A stretch of DNA of 64,000 nucleotides from Candidatus Poribacteria bacterium (GCA_965214095.1 OZ243938.1:800001-864000); one strand, 5' to 3'. Positions 50,654 to 61,201 are shown, numbered from the stretch's first letter. Numbers and translations are program-made. The notes: generated by a model from the sequence alone, not told the origin.

Positions 50654-52957
50654 CTACTCATTTTCTGCTGGTTTATATTTTAGATTGCCTTTCTCATCAA
50701 ATATAAAGGTTGACGAACCTACTTCTGTACGAATATTAAGCACTCCATTCCTGTCAACAATTACAGTGACATTTCTTACTCTCATTGTTCCTCCACCACC
50801 ACCAGAGATTGTAGAAGTACTTCCATTGTGTTTAACCCTATATCCATTATTGAGTTTTATAATTTGATAACCATTGTCATTCAACCAGTTTAAAACTGCT
50901 GCAGCTTCCTCCACCTTTCCATTATACTTTATTGGATCAGGTATAGTTATCAAGTTGTTACTAACGTCTTTACCTAAATGCTCTGTCTTCAACTTCGTTG
51001 AGATTCTATCCCAATCCCAGAGTAAGACTGTTCCATCTTGGCTACCACTTGCCAGTGTTTTCCCATCGTGTGAAAATACAAGTGATTCTATAAATTCGGT
51101 ATGACCAGACAGTTCACCCAGATATGTACCTGTATCCACATGCCATAATTTCATCGTTGTTGTCCATATATCCATTCCTGACCCAATGAGTATTGTACCA
51201 TCAGTGGAGAAGGTTATTTCATTTTTAAATCCGCCTAATTTTCCTTGAATTAAGCTATGTTTTTTCTCTTGGTCATTGTCTAATCTCCACAAATAAATAC
51301 CTTCCTTACTTAATGCAGCAAGTGTTGAACTGTCTGGAGAGAATGCTACTGCTCTTGACCCTTTTAGGTTTGTTGGCGTGATGTCACGTTGTGTAGAAAT
51401 TTCCCACACTTGTGGATAACCCTGATCGCTCGTAACAGCAAGTTTTTGTCCATCAGGAGAAAACCTGATTTTTTCATGATGTAAAGTCTGTTTCATATTA
51501 AGTCTGAATAGTTCTGTTCCAGTCGTGAAGTGCAACCCAAGAATGTCTTTATTTCTTAGAAAGGCAATGATGTTGTTGTCTGAAGACATAGCTACCGATG
51601 AACCTCTAAGTAGACCAACTTGCCATAGGGGATTGAGCCGTTCATAAGTGTTTAAATTCCATACCTGAATATTAAAAGTTCCTCTTGTTGAACTACGTAT
51701 TCCAAATCCATCAGGTTTAAACCAAATCATACCTGCACTACCATGAAATATGTAATACTTTGCATCGTTGGATAGGAAAACTGTTTCGGATGTGTCACTT
51801 TGAGCTTCTGCAAAAGTAGATAGTTTTTGATTGGTCGTGAGGTCCCATATTTCTACAGTTCCATTAAACGCAGCAGTTGTGAGTGTAGAATCATCTTCAG
51901 AAAATGCTATTGATTTTATGAATTCTGTGTGACCAGTCGTAAATAAAGCAAGTTCCTTTCCGTTGTGAGGATTCCAAAAACGAATAGTACCATCTGCACT
52001 TCCACTTGCCAGACACATACCGTAAAGCGGTGTTCCTTTTGGGGCAAAAGTTAATACACTGACAATACTATTATGACCCGTAATAGTTACCCGTTCTTTT
52101 TGTGATTCTAAATCCCAGATTTTGATAACCTTTCCTGCATCACCACTTGCAAGTGTTTTTCTATCTTCTGAGAATGCCAGAGCGGTAACCCATGCATTAT
52201 GTCCTGAAAACGTTGTAAGTTCAGTGTCTTTATTTTTATTCCATAACTGTATTGTTTTGTTTTCTCCGCCACTTGCAATTATTGTTTCATCTGGTGAGAG
52301 TGCTAACGTATAGATATCGTTGTCATCATCCTGCCATTTTCTCGGCAATGTAGTATCTATACTCATCGTTGTGGTATCCCATAAGTGAAGTGTACCGTCC
52401 CTTCCTGCAACTGCAAATTTACTTCCATCTTCAGAAAACGTAGATAAGTCACAGGGATTATCAAATCTTGTACTTGACAATCTATTACCTGTGTCTATAT
52501 TCCAATATGAGAATCCTCCTGCTCCATCTATGCTAACAAGCGTCCTGCCATAGAAAGCTAAGTTTGAAATTACAACATGACCTTGTGAGATAGTGATTGA
52601 AGAGTGTTTTCTTTTAGTTTCTATGTCCCATACTTGTATAATTGGGTTATTAAATCCTCCGCTTGCAAGGAATCTTCCATCATGTGAGAATGCGAGTGCA
52701 TTGACATGTTCAGTATGTCCTGTAAACAAAGCTGTTTCATTTGCATGCGGCACTTCGTATAACCAGACCCCAACATCTGTGCCAACAGCAAGATATGTAC
52801 CATCAGGTGAAAATCGCATAATATTAATCCCACCTTTACCGAGACGCGCGATTGCCCCTTCAGGCAAGCCTAATTGTGTGCTGTCCTGTGCAATTATTGA
52901 TATATTTGTTATGAAAATTAGGAATATTATTAGAATAGTGGTGTTAACTTGTTTCAT
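50654..52957 (-). CDS. Secreted WD40-repeat protein with C-terminal extra domain
   Basis: LPEGAIARLGKG, WD40 repeats, tail homologous to that of 42238-44583. Confidence 0.9.
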   Translation of the reverse strand: MKQVNTTILIIFLIFITNISIIAQDSTQLGLPEGAIARLGKGGINIMRFSPDGTYLAVGTDVGVWLYEVPHANETALFTGHTEHVNALAFSHDGRFLASGGFNNPIIQVWDIETKRKHSSITISQGHVVISNLAFYGRTLVSIDGAGGFSYWNIDTGNRLSSTRFDNPCDLSTFSEDGSKFAVAGRDGTLHLWDTTTMSIDTTLPRKWQDDDNDIYTLALSPDETIIASGGENKTIQLWNKNKDTELTTFSGHNAWVTALAFSEDRKTLASGDAGKVIKIWDLESQKERVTITGHNSIVSVLTFAPKGTPLYGMCLASGSADGTIRFWNPHNGKELALFTTGHTEFIKSIAFSEDDSTLTTAAFNGTVEIWDLTTNQKLSTFAEAQSDTSETVFLSNDAKYYIFHGSAGMIWFKPDGFGIRSSTRGTFNIQVWNLNTYERLNPLWQVGLLRGSSVAMSSDNNIIAFLRNKDILGLHFTTGTELFRLNMKQTLHHEKIRFSPDGQKLAVTSDQGYPQVWEISTQRDITPTNLKGSRAVAFSPDSSTLAALSKEGIYLWRLDNDQEKKHSLIQGKLGGFKNEITFSTDGTILIGSGMDIWTTTMKLWHVDTGTYLGELSGHTEFIESLVFSHDGKTLASGSQDGTVLLWDWDRISTKLKTEHLGKDVSNNLITIPDPIKYNGKVEEAAAVLNWLNDNGYQIIKLNNGYRVKHNGSTSTISGGGGGTMRVRNVTVIVDRNGVLNIRTEVGSSTFIFDEKGNLKYKPAENE

Positions 52958-53130
52958 TGTTTCTCCCTACTTATGTGTAGAAGCTGCAGGATGTATAGGT
53001 AAGTTTGAGAACCAAAGAAAAATCTTGAGAAAATACAAAACTTGTGTAATACTATTAGTATATATCATCTCACGGTTCTTATTCCACCCAAAATCTATCA
53101 AAAGAAAACACGCAATTGGAGACACTATCT

Positions 53131-53430
53131 ATGGTTGAACACATCGTCCTACTAAAATTGAAGTCGGATGTTACCTCAGCACAATTGGATGCATTACCTG
53201 ATGCATTGATGAAAATGAAGGATGAAATACCCGGAATTGAATCCATCACAGCTGGTACGAACAACAGTCCTGAAGGAAAAAGCCAAGATTATTCCTACGG
53301 ATTTATCGTCAGATTTACAGATGAAGCAGCACGTGATGCATATCTACCTCATCCCTTTCACCGTCAAGTCGCAGGAGAGCATATTCGGCCACTTGTTGAG
53401 GATGTACTCGTTTTTGATTATACTGTCTAA
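53131..53430 (+). CDS. Dabb family (stress-responsive A/B barrel) protein
   Basis: MVEHIVLLK...IPGI...G.NNSPE...Y..HP.H...FDY; ATG 53131 after GGAG. Confidence 0.85.
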   Translation: MVEHIVLLKLKSDVTSAQLDALPDALMKMKDEIPGIESITAGTNNSPEGKSQDYSYGFIVRFTDEAARDAYLPHPFHRQVAGEHIRPLVEDVLVFDYTV

Positions 53431-53489
53431 TATTGATTAAATTTATAAGAATATTATTTGATTTATCTAAATCTCTTTGGAGGAAATAT

Positions 53490-54878
53490 ATGAGTTTGAA
53501 CATTGTCGTTGTCGTCTCTGATACACTTCGCACAGCATATCTGAGTCCTTATGGTAATGATTGGGTGAAAACACCGAATTTGGCACGGTTTGCAGAACAA
53601 GGTGTTACATTTACCAATGCACACCCTGAAATATTGCCAACAATCCCAACTCGACGCACGCTACATACAGGTAGACGAGTCTATCCAATTAGTTCTTACA
53701 ACCCAGTTCCTTGGGATAATGTCTACACACCAGGGTGGCAGCCGATGTCATCAGATGAACCAGCAATCGCTGAGTCACTTGTCCGAAACGGATACCACAC
53801 AGGTTTCTTCGCTGATGTCCCACACTATTTCGTGCCGGGAATGAACTTTACGAGAGGATTCCAACAGTGGCAATATGTCAGAGGACAAGCAGAGGATAGA
53901 TATAGAGGGGGTGCCCATGCGGATCCAAAACAGGTGGCGAGATACAGAGGGAACCCAGGTCGCATCCGTTCACATATAGTCAACGTTCAACCTGAACGAG
54001 AAGAGGAAAACTGGCCAACAGCAAGATTGTTCCGTGCAGGTATTGAATTCGTCGAACATAATCACAATAATACACCTTTCTATCTATATATTGACGGTTT
54101 TACACCACATGAAACATGGGAAGCACCCATACACTATTACGATCTATACGGTAGCAGAGAAGATCGCGAGCCGATATGTCTAAACCTACCTTACGGTTCT
54201 CTCAAAAATGAAGAACTTGAAGAAAGGTTGCCAAGTGTTAAAGCAAACTACGCAGGTCTGGTAACGCTTGTGGATACCTGGTTTGGTAGATTAGTTGATA
54301 CTATTGACCGACTCGGATTGCGAGAGAACACATTGATTATGTTCTTAAGCGATCACGGCACAAACTTTGCAGAGAATCCTGATAAAGCAACAGGAAAACC
54401 CGCAACCTTCATGTATCCAGGTACAATGGACATACCGTTATTAGTCCGACATCCCTCCGGTGTGAATGCTGGTACTACTTGCGATGAATTCGTCTACACA
54501 CTTGATGTTCCTGCTACAGTTATGGATGCAAGTCAAGTTGAACCTGCAGGTGAAATTCAAGGGCAAAGTCTTTTACCTCTTGTTGAAGGAAAAAGCGGAT
54601 TCACTTCACGTGAATATCTTACCTGCCGTTATGTTAACTCTGTCTGGTATAAAGACAAGAAAAGTTGGTATTTTTCAAGTGTTGATCTTAACAGTGGCAC
54701 ACGTCTGTTTGATCTTGAAGCGGATCCGACTTGTCAGAACGATATAACTGATAAAGGCGCAGACCGAATTGCGCTTGCACATGAGCGACTCTTAGCAGAT
54801 GCAGGTGGAAATCTACCTCAGTACAAACGTCAAGGTAGAACAGATGCCCTCGGCAGACCACAGTTCGCTGAAGAATAG
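53490..54878 (+). CDS. Sulfatase-like hydrolase (Thr at nucleophile position)
   Basis: SDTLR, PTIPTRR.L.TGR, PHE.W, SDHG; ATG 53490 after GGAGG. Confidence 0.85.
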   Translation: MSLNIVVVVSDTLRTAYLSPYGNDWVKTPNLARFAEQGVTFTNAHPEILPTIPTRRTLHTGRRVYPISSYNPVPWDNVYTPGWQPMSSDEPAIAESLVRNGYHTGFFADVPHYFVPGMNFTRGFQQWQYVRGQAEDRYRGGAHADPKQVARYRGNPGRIRSHIVNVQPEREEENWPTARLFRAGIEFVEHNHNNTPFYLYIDGFTPHETWEAPIHYYDLYGSREDREPICLNLPYGSLKNEELEERLPSVKANYAGLVTLVDTWFGRLVDTIDRLGLRENTLIMFLSDHGTNFAENPDKATGKPATFMYPGTMDIPLLVRHPSGVNAGTTCDEFVYTLDVPATVMDASQVEPAGEIQGQSLLPLVEGKSGFTSREYLTCRYVNSVWYKDKKSWYFSSVDLNSGTRLFDLEADPTCQNDITDKGADRIALAHERLLADAGGNLPQYKRQGRTDALGRPQFAEE

Positions 54879-54910
54879 TCTATAAAATGAGTGGGTGCAC
54901 AGGAGGATTC

Positions 54911-55306
54911 ATGGCTTATTTCAATAATGATAAAAGTGCAAATCCTGATGTGCCTCCACTAATTTCAATTCGTAATGAAACCGAATATGATAATGCTGTC
55001 CAAACACTAAATGCCTTGATTGATGAAGTAGGTACCAATGAAGAACATCCATTATATGAACTTCTTGATATACTTGGAACACTGATACATGCCTATGAAG
55101 AAAAACATCATCCAATTCCTGATTGTAGTGGAATTGATATGTTGAAATACTTAATGGAAGAACATCAATGCGATACCTCAGACTTACATGAGTTGGGTTC
55201 ACAAGAAACCGTATTGGAAATCCTGAATGAGAAAAGAGATTTAACAATTAAACAGATCCATGCTTTAGCGAACCGTTTTCATGTTAACCCTTCGGTATTT
55301 TTATGA
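54911..55306 (+). CDS. HigA-like HTH antitoxin/transcriptional regulator
   Basis: YD.A...L..L...L.ILGTLI.AYE..H.PI...LKYLMEE...EILNEKR.LT..QI..LA.RF; ATG after AGGAGG. Confidence 0.8.
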   Translation: MAYFNNDKSANPDVPPLISIRNETEYDNAVQTLNALIDEVGTNEEHPLYELLDILGTLIHAYEEKHHPIPDCSGIDMLKYLMEEHQCDTSDLHELGSQETVLEILNEKRDLTIKQIHALANRFHVNPSVFL

Positions 55307-55382
55307 ATTGATACTTCTTCATACAATAATTCTCTGTTCACATAGTAACATCATCATAACCTGAATAATAAGGGATATAATT

Positions 55383-56603
55383 ATGAACCGTTCAAATAGA
55401 AGAATTATCTTAATTACTATAATTGTAGCAACATTGTTATCTGTTCTCAATTTTACATTACAATCAAACGCACAAAACTCCACCACTAAATTCTCTGGAC
55501 GCGTAGTAAATGAACATGGACAACCTGTACCCGATATTCATATTGCTATAAAGCCAGTCCAAATCGGTGAGCATGTAGAATTAAAACAACGTATCCATTT
55601 CCTTATATGGCCAAGAGTCGTGACTGGTAGTGATGGGAGTTTTTCATTCAAAAACATTGATCCTGTTTCTTCACAACTTGTCATATTTCCTGAACACGGT
55701 TCCGATCTTGAGATTCAGTCCATAGAAATCGGTAACCTTACTTTTTATTCTATTGCCTTTCGACAAGCCATGCCAACCTGGTTTGGGAAATTAACGTTTG
55801 CCGTTGAACCGGGGGAACACCTTGAGGATGTAATTGTCCATGTCAAAGAACCACGCATGCGAATTCGGGGTCGTGTTCTGTACGAAGACGGAACGCCGCT
55901 TATAAATGAAGAGATAAGTTTAACAATAAATTCAGAGCGGGTTCAAAGATTCAATGGTGGAGAAAGTAGAAGTGGCGGTAGAATGTCACGCAATTTTGAG
56001 ACAGATAACGAAGGTTATTTTGTTGTATATTATAGGGGAAGACCTGCTACCTATGTCGTACAAATGACATATCAAAGTTTTACTGCTGCATCAGAACCAA
56101 TTATCCTTGAGGAAAGTGAAAGGTACGACGATCTTGTCTTTAAACTAAAAAACATGTCAAAAACAATCAAACAAGATTCTGTATGGATAGTAAATCCAGC
56201 TACCGGCAATGCATATAGGAGAATTCAATGTCTCAACTTACAAGATGCCAGAGACCAAGCAGCAAGTGAAAACGCATATCTTGTTGCTATAAATGACGAA
56301 GCAGAACAGAAATGGTTAGAAGGTCTATTCAAGCACAGAGCATTTTTCTGGATTGGTCTAAGTGTTCCAAATAATGATGCGCAATGGCAATGGGACAATG
56401 GACAACCGTTGACGTACACAAATTGGAGAAAAGGACAGCAACCAAACAAAACAGAAAACGATAGTACAACAGGAGTTGCATTAGACTTCTACACAAAAAA
56501 GTGGGTTGCAATAAAGCAGAAAAGTCTATTCCAATCGGCAGTCAACATGGCAATCATTGAGAAAGACAAGAAGAATTTAGACCCACCTGAAGAAAACGAA
56601 TAA
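55383..56603 (+). CDS. Secreted protein: carboxypeptidase-regulatory-like domains plus C-type lectin domain
   Basis: Signal peptide, GRVVNEHGQP / GRVLYEDGTP repeats, AYLVAINDEAEQ.WL...WIGL...W..G....YTNW. Confidence 0.8.
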   Translation: MNRSNRRIILITIIVATLLSVLNFTLQSNAQNSTTKFSGRVVNEHGQPVPDIHIAIKPVQIGEHVELKQRIHFLIWPRVVTGSDGSFSFKNIDPVSSQLVIFPEHGSDLEIQSIEIGNLTFYSIAFRQAMPTWFGKLTFAVEPGEHLEDVIVHVKEPRMRIRGRVLYEDGTPLINEEISLTINSERVQRFNGGESRSGGRMSRNFETDNEGYFVVYYRGRPATYVVQMTYQSFTAASEPIILEESERYDDLVFKLKNMSKTIKQDSVWIVNPATGNAYRRIQCLNLQDARDQAASENAYLVAINDEAEQKWLEGLFKHRAFFWIGLSVPNNDAQWQWDNGQPLTYTNWRKGQQPNKTENDSTTGVALDFYTKKWVAIKQKSLFQSAVNMAIIEKDKKNLDPPEENE

Positions 56604-56639
56604 CTAAAATCAGATCCATCCCACAAGGAGATATTCGTC

Positions 56640-58043
56640 ATGATGCATTTGAAAAACACACAAAAGACCATATCAATCCTTATATCTCTGAGTATGTTGC
56701 TCATTGTGATTCCATTCAATAGTTTAGCAGAGGAAAAGCCGCCAACATTAGTCGGACGACTCATCAACGAAAACGGAGAACCCATTGTAGATTCAACTGT
56801 TATCCTTCTTTATGTGAAACTACGCGAATATGCTGGTTTGGACCCGCTATACGACAGTTCCTTATACCCCTTTTTAAGACAACGACCTCCAAGACATAGA
56901 CCCGGTATGGAAAATCCTCCTCCAGATGAACAAGTGCTACGAGAACATCCCCCATATCAAACATCTGTAAAGGATGAGGAAGGTAACTTTGTATTTACAG
57001 GAATTGTTCCAGGAATCGTTCAACTAATGGTTATTCCGGATGAGCGACTGAAACAAAATGTTCCACCTGAAAATCCTGATCAACGGAGATTTATACCATT
57101 ACCAGAAATTCACGCAATAAAGTTTGGTAAGTTCCAGTTTTATCCACACTCCTTTTCAATCTCGCCTTATACCGGGGGAGTCACATTTACCATAAAGCCT
57201 GGTGCAGACATCTCAAATGTTGAAGTGATTATGAAATCTGAAGGTGGAAAACACCAGAAAATACACGGAAGAATAGAATTCAAGAACGGACAACCACTCA
57301 TTGAAAAAAACGTTGAAATAGCTATATTCCAACTTGATATGGATGGTAGAGATGGTTCTGTTGAAGATTTTTCACAAATGACAGATACAAACGGTAACTT
57401 TGAGCTCTCTGTCCGCAATTACGGAATTCATACAATTAAACTTGGCTATATGGGATTGTCAACTATATCAGATCTGTTTATTGTAAAAGACAGAATACCC
57501 TATAAAGGTTTAGTTTTGACACTAAACGGTGATTCATCCGACATTTCTGATACAAAAACTTTCCATATCAATGAATCATATATTCCTTTTAAAAGCATTA
57601 TTAACTTCCCAGACGTATGGGTTATCAATCCTGAAAATGGGCATGTCTACAAAGCAATTCGGTGTGATGGCACAAGAAATGATGCCGAAACTAAAGCTGA
57701 AGCAGAAGATGCACATCTTGTTTCTATTACCAGTGAAGCAGAACAGGTATGGCTTGATGTTGTGTATGAAGGTATGGAGTATTGGATAGGATTAAAATAT
57801 GATCAAGATGATAGCAGATGGGAATGGGACTCTGGTGAACCATTCTCTTTTATGAACTGGGACATGAGCGACATATCCACACCGGGTTTTGCTGTTCCTC
57901 GCGATATTCCAAACCAGACAAATGATTTTGTCACCATGTCAAGAAAAGGAAAGTGGGAACGAACCCAACCAGTCGGTCCAACACGAATGGCAATCATTGA
58001 AAAGAATAAATTTAGCACAGAACCTAATCCACAAGTTAAGTAA
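56640..58043 (+). CDS. Secreted protein: carboxypeptidase-regulatory-like domains plus C-type lectin domain (tandem paralog)
   Basis: GRLINENGEP, HLVSITSEAEQ.WL...WIGL...W.SGEP..FMNW, MAIIEK end shared with paralog. Confidence 0.8.
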   Translation: MMHLKNTQKTISILISLSMLLIVIPFNSLAEEKPPTLVGRLINENGEPIVDSTVILLYVKLREYAGLDPLYDSSLYPFLRQRPPRHRPGMENPPPDEQVLREHPPYQTSVKDEEGNFVFTGIVPGIVQLMVIPDERLKQNVPPENPDQRRFIPLPEIHAIKFGKFQFYPHSFSISPYTGGVTFTIKPGADISNVEVIMKSEGGKHQKIHGRIEFKNGQPLIEKNVEIAIFQLDMDGRDGSVEDFSQMTDTNGNFELSVRNYGIHTIKLGYMGLSTISDLFIVKDRIPYKGLVLTLNGDSSDISDTKTFHINESYIPFKSIINFPDVWVINPENGHVYKAIRCDGTRNDAETKAEAEDAHLVSITSEAEQVWLDVVYEGMEYWIGLKYDQDDSRWEWDSGEPFSFMNWDMSDISTPGFAVPRDIPNQTNDFVTMSRKGKWERTQPVGPTRMAIIEKNKFSTEPNPQVK

Positions 58044-58066
58044 TTCATGCTGTTATATTTCATACT

Positions 58067-59896
58067 ATGAAAGCAAAATATACCCGCCTAAGCGAAAACC
58101 TATACATTCATCACGGACATGTCAACACTGGTATCCTTCGGGATGGACAACGTGCGCTGCTCATTGACCCAAGTGGAACTTCCCTTCAAACAACTCTCAA
58201 CGAAATCGGTATTACGCAGATAGATCAGATTATATATACCCATCACCATCGCGATAGTACATCTGGTTTTCCATTTCCAGAAAATGTCAAAATCGGTGTA
58301 CCAAAGGCTGAAGAACAGTGGTTCACAAATGTTGAATCATTCTGGAACGACTCAAAATACCGATGGCATCTTTACAACTGCCATCCACATAATCTTATGC
58401 TTGCTGACTCTATTCTTGTTACAGACACTTACACTGATGGCACAAAGATTAACTGGGGTTCTGCATCTATATCAGTTCTTGAAACACCAGGACATACCGA
58501 TGGAAGCATAACATATCTCGTAGATATTGATGGCAAACGTATAGCATTCACTGGTGATCTCATCTATGATGAAGGTAAAATTTGGGAACTGTACAGTCTG
58601 CAAAAAGGACAACAAACAACTGATTATCACGGATTTCTTGGCGCGCGAGACGAATTACGAGAGAGCTTAGAAAAAGTCCGTCGGGCATCTCCATCAACAC
58701 TTGTTCCGACACACGGCGTTGTGATGCCCAATCCTGATACTGCGATTGACAAACTTTTTGATCAATTAGATTATTGCTACGATAAATATGTGTCAATCTC
58801 TGCCTTACGCCATTACTTTCCAAATATCTTTACTGAGTTTGAAGGAAAGTCAGACCACATGAAAATCAGAGCAGGCAAACCAGCACCTGATTTTTTGCGA
58901 CACTTCGGCACGACATGGATTATAATATCTGAAAACAGAGAAGCGTTTGTTATGGACTGCGGTTCACCAAACGTGATAAAACAGATTCAACAGATGCAGG
59001 AAGACAACGAAATATCTGAAGTTACCCAGTTTTGGGTAACACACTATCATGATGATCATGTCAATGCTATCCCAGAATTTCAGGAGATCTTCTCATGTGA
59101 GACTATCACCGATTCTGTTGTCGCTGATGTTATCACAAATCCACTTGCCTACAGACTACCCTGTATTTCTCCTTCAATTACACATGTAGATCGCGCTACA
59201 ACTGATGGAGATAGTTGGACTTGGAATGAATTTGAAATGACTGCATACCATTTCCCCGGACAGACATATTATCATGGAGGTCTACTTGTTGAGGGACGTG
59301 GTGTGCGTATGTTTTTTTCTGGCGATTCCTTCACAATGGCTGGGATTGATGACTACTGTTCAGGTAATCGGAATCTACTTGGTAATGGTGTCGGTTACAA
59401 TCAGTGTCTTCAACTCATTAAAGAACTAAATCCCACTCACATTTTCAACTGTCATGTAGATCCTGCTTTTGACTTTTCAGATGAAGAAATCAACTTTATG
59501 TTAGACACACTCTCTGAACGTGAAAAATGCTATACCGACCTTTTTCCATGGGATCATGCAAACTATGGAATGGATGACCAATGGGTGCGATGTCACCCCT
59601 ATGAACAGGAAGTGCTGCATGGAGAAACTGTTCAGTTGGGTGTAGAGATAACAAACCATTCTGATCAACCACGTAAAGCAACTGTTAGACCGATTCTACC
59701 TTCAAATTGGAGAGAGGATACTGACCCAACAGAAACAACTATTGAACCAAAATCTACTGGAAACATCCAATTTTCTATTCAAATTCCTCAACAATGTGAT
59801 AGAATAGGTAGAGTAGTAATTCCTTTTGAAATCATATATAATGACATTTCATTAGGACAATTCCGGGAAGCGATCTTTGTTCTCAATGAAGGATAA
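58067..59896 (+). CDS. Tandem metallo-beta-lactamase-fold hydrolase
   Basis: THHHRDS..TPGHT..FTGD..H and second THYHDDH..PGQT..FSGD..H. Confidence 0.85.
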   Translation: MKAKYTRLSENLYIHHGHVNTGILRDGQRALLIDPSGTSLQTTLNEIGITQIDQIIYTHHHRDSTSGFPFPENVKIGVPKAEEQWFTNVESFWNDSKYRWHLYNCHPHNLMLADSILVTDTYTDGTKINWGSASISVLETPGHTDGSITYLVDIDGKRIAFTGDLIYDEGKIWELYSLQKGQQTTDYHGFLGARDELRESLEKVRRASPSTLVPTHGVVMPNPDTAIDKLFDQLDYCYDKYVSISALRHYFPNIFTEFEGKSDHMKIRAGKPAPDFLRHFGTTWIIISENREAFVMDCGSPNVIKQIQQMQEDNEISEVTQFWVTHYHDDHVNAIPEFQEIFSCETITDSVVADVITNPLAYRLPCISPSITHVDRATTDGDSWTWNEFEMTAYHFPGQTYYHGGLLVEGRGVRMFFSGDSFTMAGIDDYCSGNRNLLGNGVGYNQCLQLIKELNPTHIFNCHVDPAFDFSDEEINFMLDTLSEREKCYTDLFPWDHANYGMDDQWVRCHPYEQEVLHGETVQLGVEITNHSDQPRKATVRPILPSNWREDTDPTETTIEPKSTGNIQFSIQIPQQCDRIGRVVIPFEIIYNDISLGQFREAIFVLNEG

Positions 59897-59900
59897 ATCA

Positions 59901-60320
59901 ATGCTAAAGTTATCACACCCCACAGTAGATATAGCAATCACATGTAGCAATTTTGAAAAGTCATTAGACTTCTATCACAACAAATTAGGATTTGAGATTG
60001 TGTTGGATTTAGAGATTCCAGATAATCTTGCACAGGATATAGGACTTGCACCAACAGGATTTCGGCAAGTCCGTCTCAAGGCTGGAAATACACTTATCAA
60101 ACTCATGGATATTGAATCTCCTCCACCCACACCACCAGACCAGTTTTCTGCCGGTGTCCGATGGCTTACCTTCTTTGTTGATGATATTGATGAGAGTGTC
60201 AAGAACTTAAAACAAAATGGTGTTGAATTTCTGTCTGAACCTATAAGTGCTCCGGATGCAGCAGGTGTTGTTTGTGCAAAAGACCCTGATGGCATCCTAA
60301 TTGAACTGGTCCAAATATAA
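59901..60320 (+). CDS. VOC/glyoxalase family protein
   Basis: FEKSLDFY...LGF, F.VDDID, DPDGILIEL. Confidence 0.88.
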   Translation: MLKLSHPTVDIAITCSNFEKSLDFYHNKLGFEIVLDLEIPDNLAQDIGLAPTGFRQVRLKAGNTLIKLMDIESPPPTPPDQFSAGVRWLTFFVDDIDESVKNLKQNGVEFLSEPISAPDAAGVVCAKDPDGILIELVQI

Positions 60321-60328
60321 GAAACATT

Positions 60329-61201
60329 ATGAACAAATTAACTGATTCACAAGTACAATCTTTTGAAGAAAACGGATATCTCTTAATAGAGAATGCGCTT
60401 ACACCAGATGATTTAAACCCACTTATTTCTGAATTTGAGGAAATAGTAGACGCAGGGGCATCACAACTATACAAAGATGGATTGATTGACTCTGAATTTA
60501 AAACTGAAGGATTTGATACACGTTTAGCAAAAATAACAGATCAATCTCCTACAGTTTTCCAGCAAGTGTTTAGTGGGACACACACAGGACCCGCACTTTT
60601 TCATCTACTCATTAACTCAAAACTACTTGACATCGCTGAGTCACTCGTCGGTCCTGAGATTATGTGCCACCCTGCATACCGTGTGCGTCCAAAACTGCCT
60701 GACCATGATAGGACTTTAGTGCCTTGGCATCAAGATGCTGGTTATATGGAACCAAAATGTGATTCTGTTCTACAACTCACAATATGGATTCCATTGATAG
60801 ACGCTACCATTGAAAACGGATGTCTTGAAGTCATACCACATGCACATCGCGAAGGTGTATTCAGACACCGTCACTCTGAAACTTTCTATCTTGAAATCCC
60901 TGATGATGCATTGCCAGATGTTGAACCTGTGGTCGTTCCAGTAGATTTTGGAAGTGTGATGCTATTTACTAATCTCACACCACACCGTTCTATTCCCAAT
61001 GTTAGCAATCAAGTGCGATGGAGTGTTGATTCACGTTATCAGGACGCTGCAAAACCGACTGGATATCAACCAGAAGCAGGTTTCCTTGCGCGTAGCAGCT
61101 TGCAACCAAATGATGTTGTCCAAACTCCTGAAGAATTCAAAAGAATACGCGAAGAACATCAACCAGGACCAGGTCCAAACCGATGGGGAAAGAAGGAGTA
61201 G
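60329..61201 (+). CDS. Phytanoyl-CoA dioxygenase (PhyH) family Fe(II)/2OG enzyme
   Basis: FEENGYL, PWHQD, WIPL.DAT.ENGCL, H.S.PN...R. Confidence 0.9.
   Translation: MNKLTDSQVQSFEENGYLLIENALTPDDLNPLISEFEEIVDAGASQLYKDGLIDSEFKTEGFDTRLAKITDQSPTVFQQVFSGTHTGPALFHLLINSKLLDIAESLVGPEIMCHPAYRVRPKLPDHDRTLVPWHQDAGYMEPKCDSVLQLTIWIPLIDATIENGCLEVIPHAHREGVFRHRHSETFYLEIPDDALPDVEPVVVPVDFGSVMLFTNLTPHRSIPNVSNQVRWSVDSRYQDAAKPTGYQPEAGFLARSSLQPNDVVQTPEEFKRIREEHQPGPGPNRWGKKE

Noticed and set aside
42238-52957. Assembly duplication or invertible cassette system in the WD40 array
   Set aside because: Paralogs are strongly diverged, all on one strand, and no recombinase is nearby
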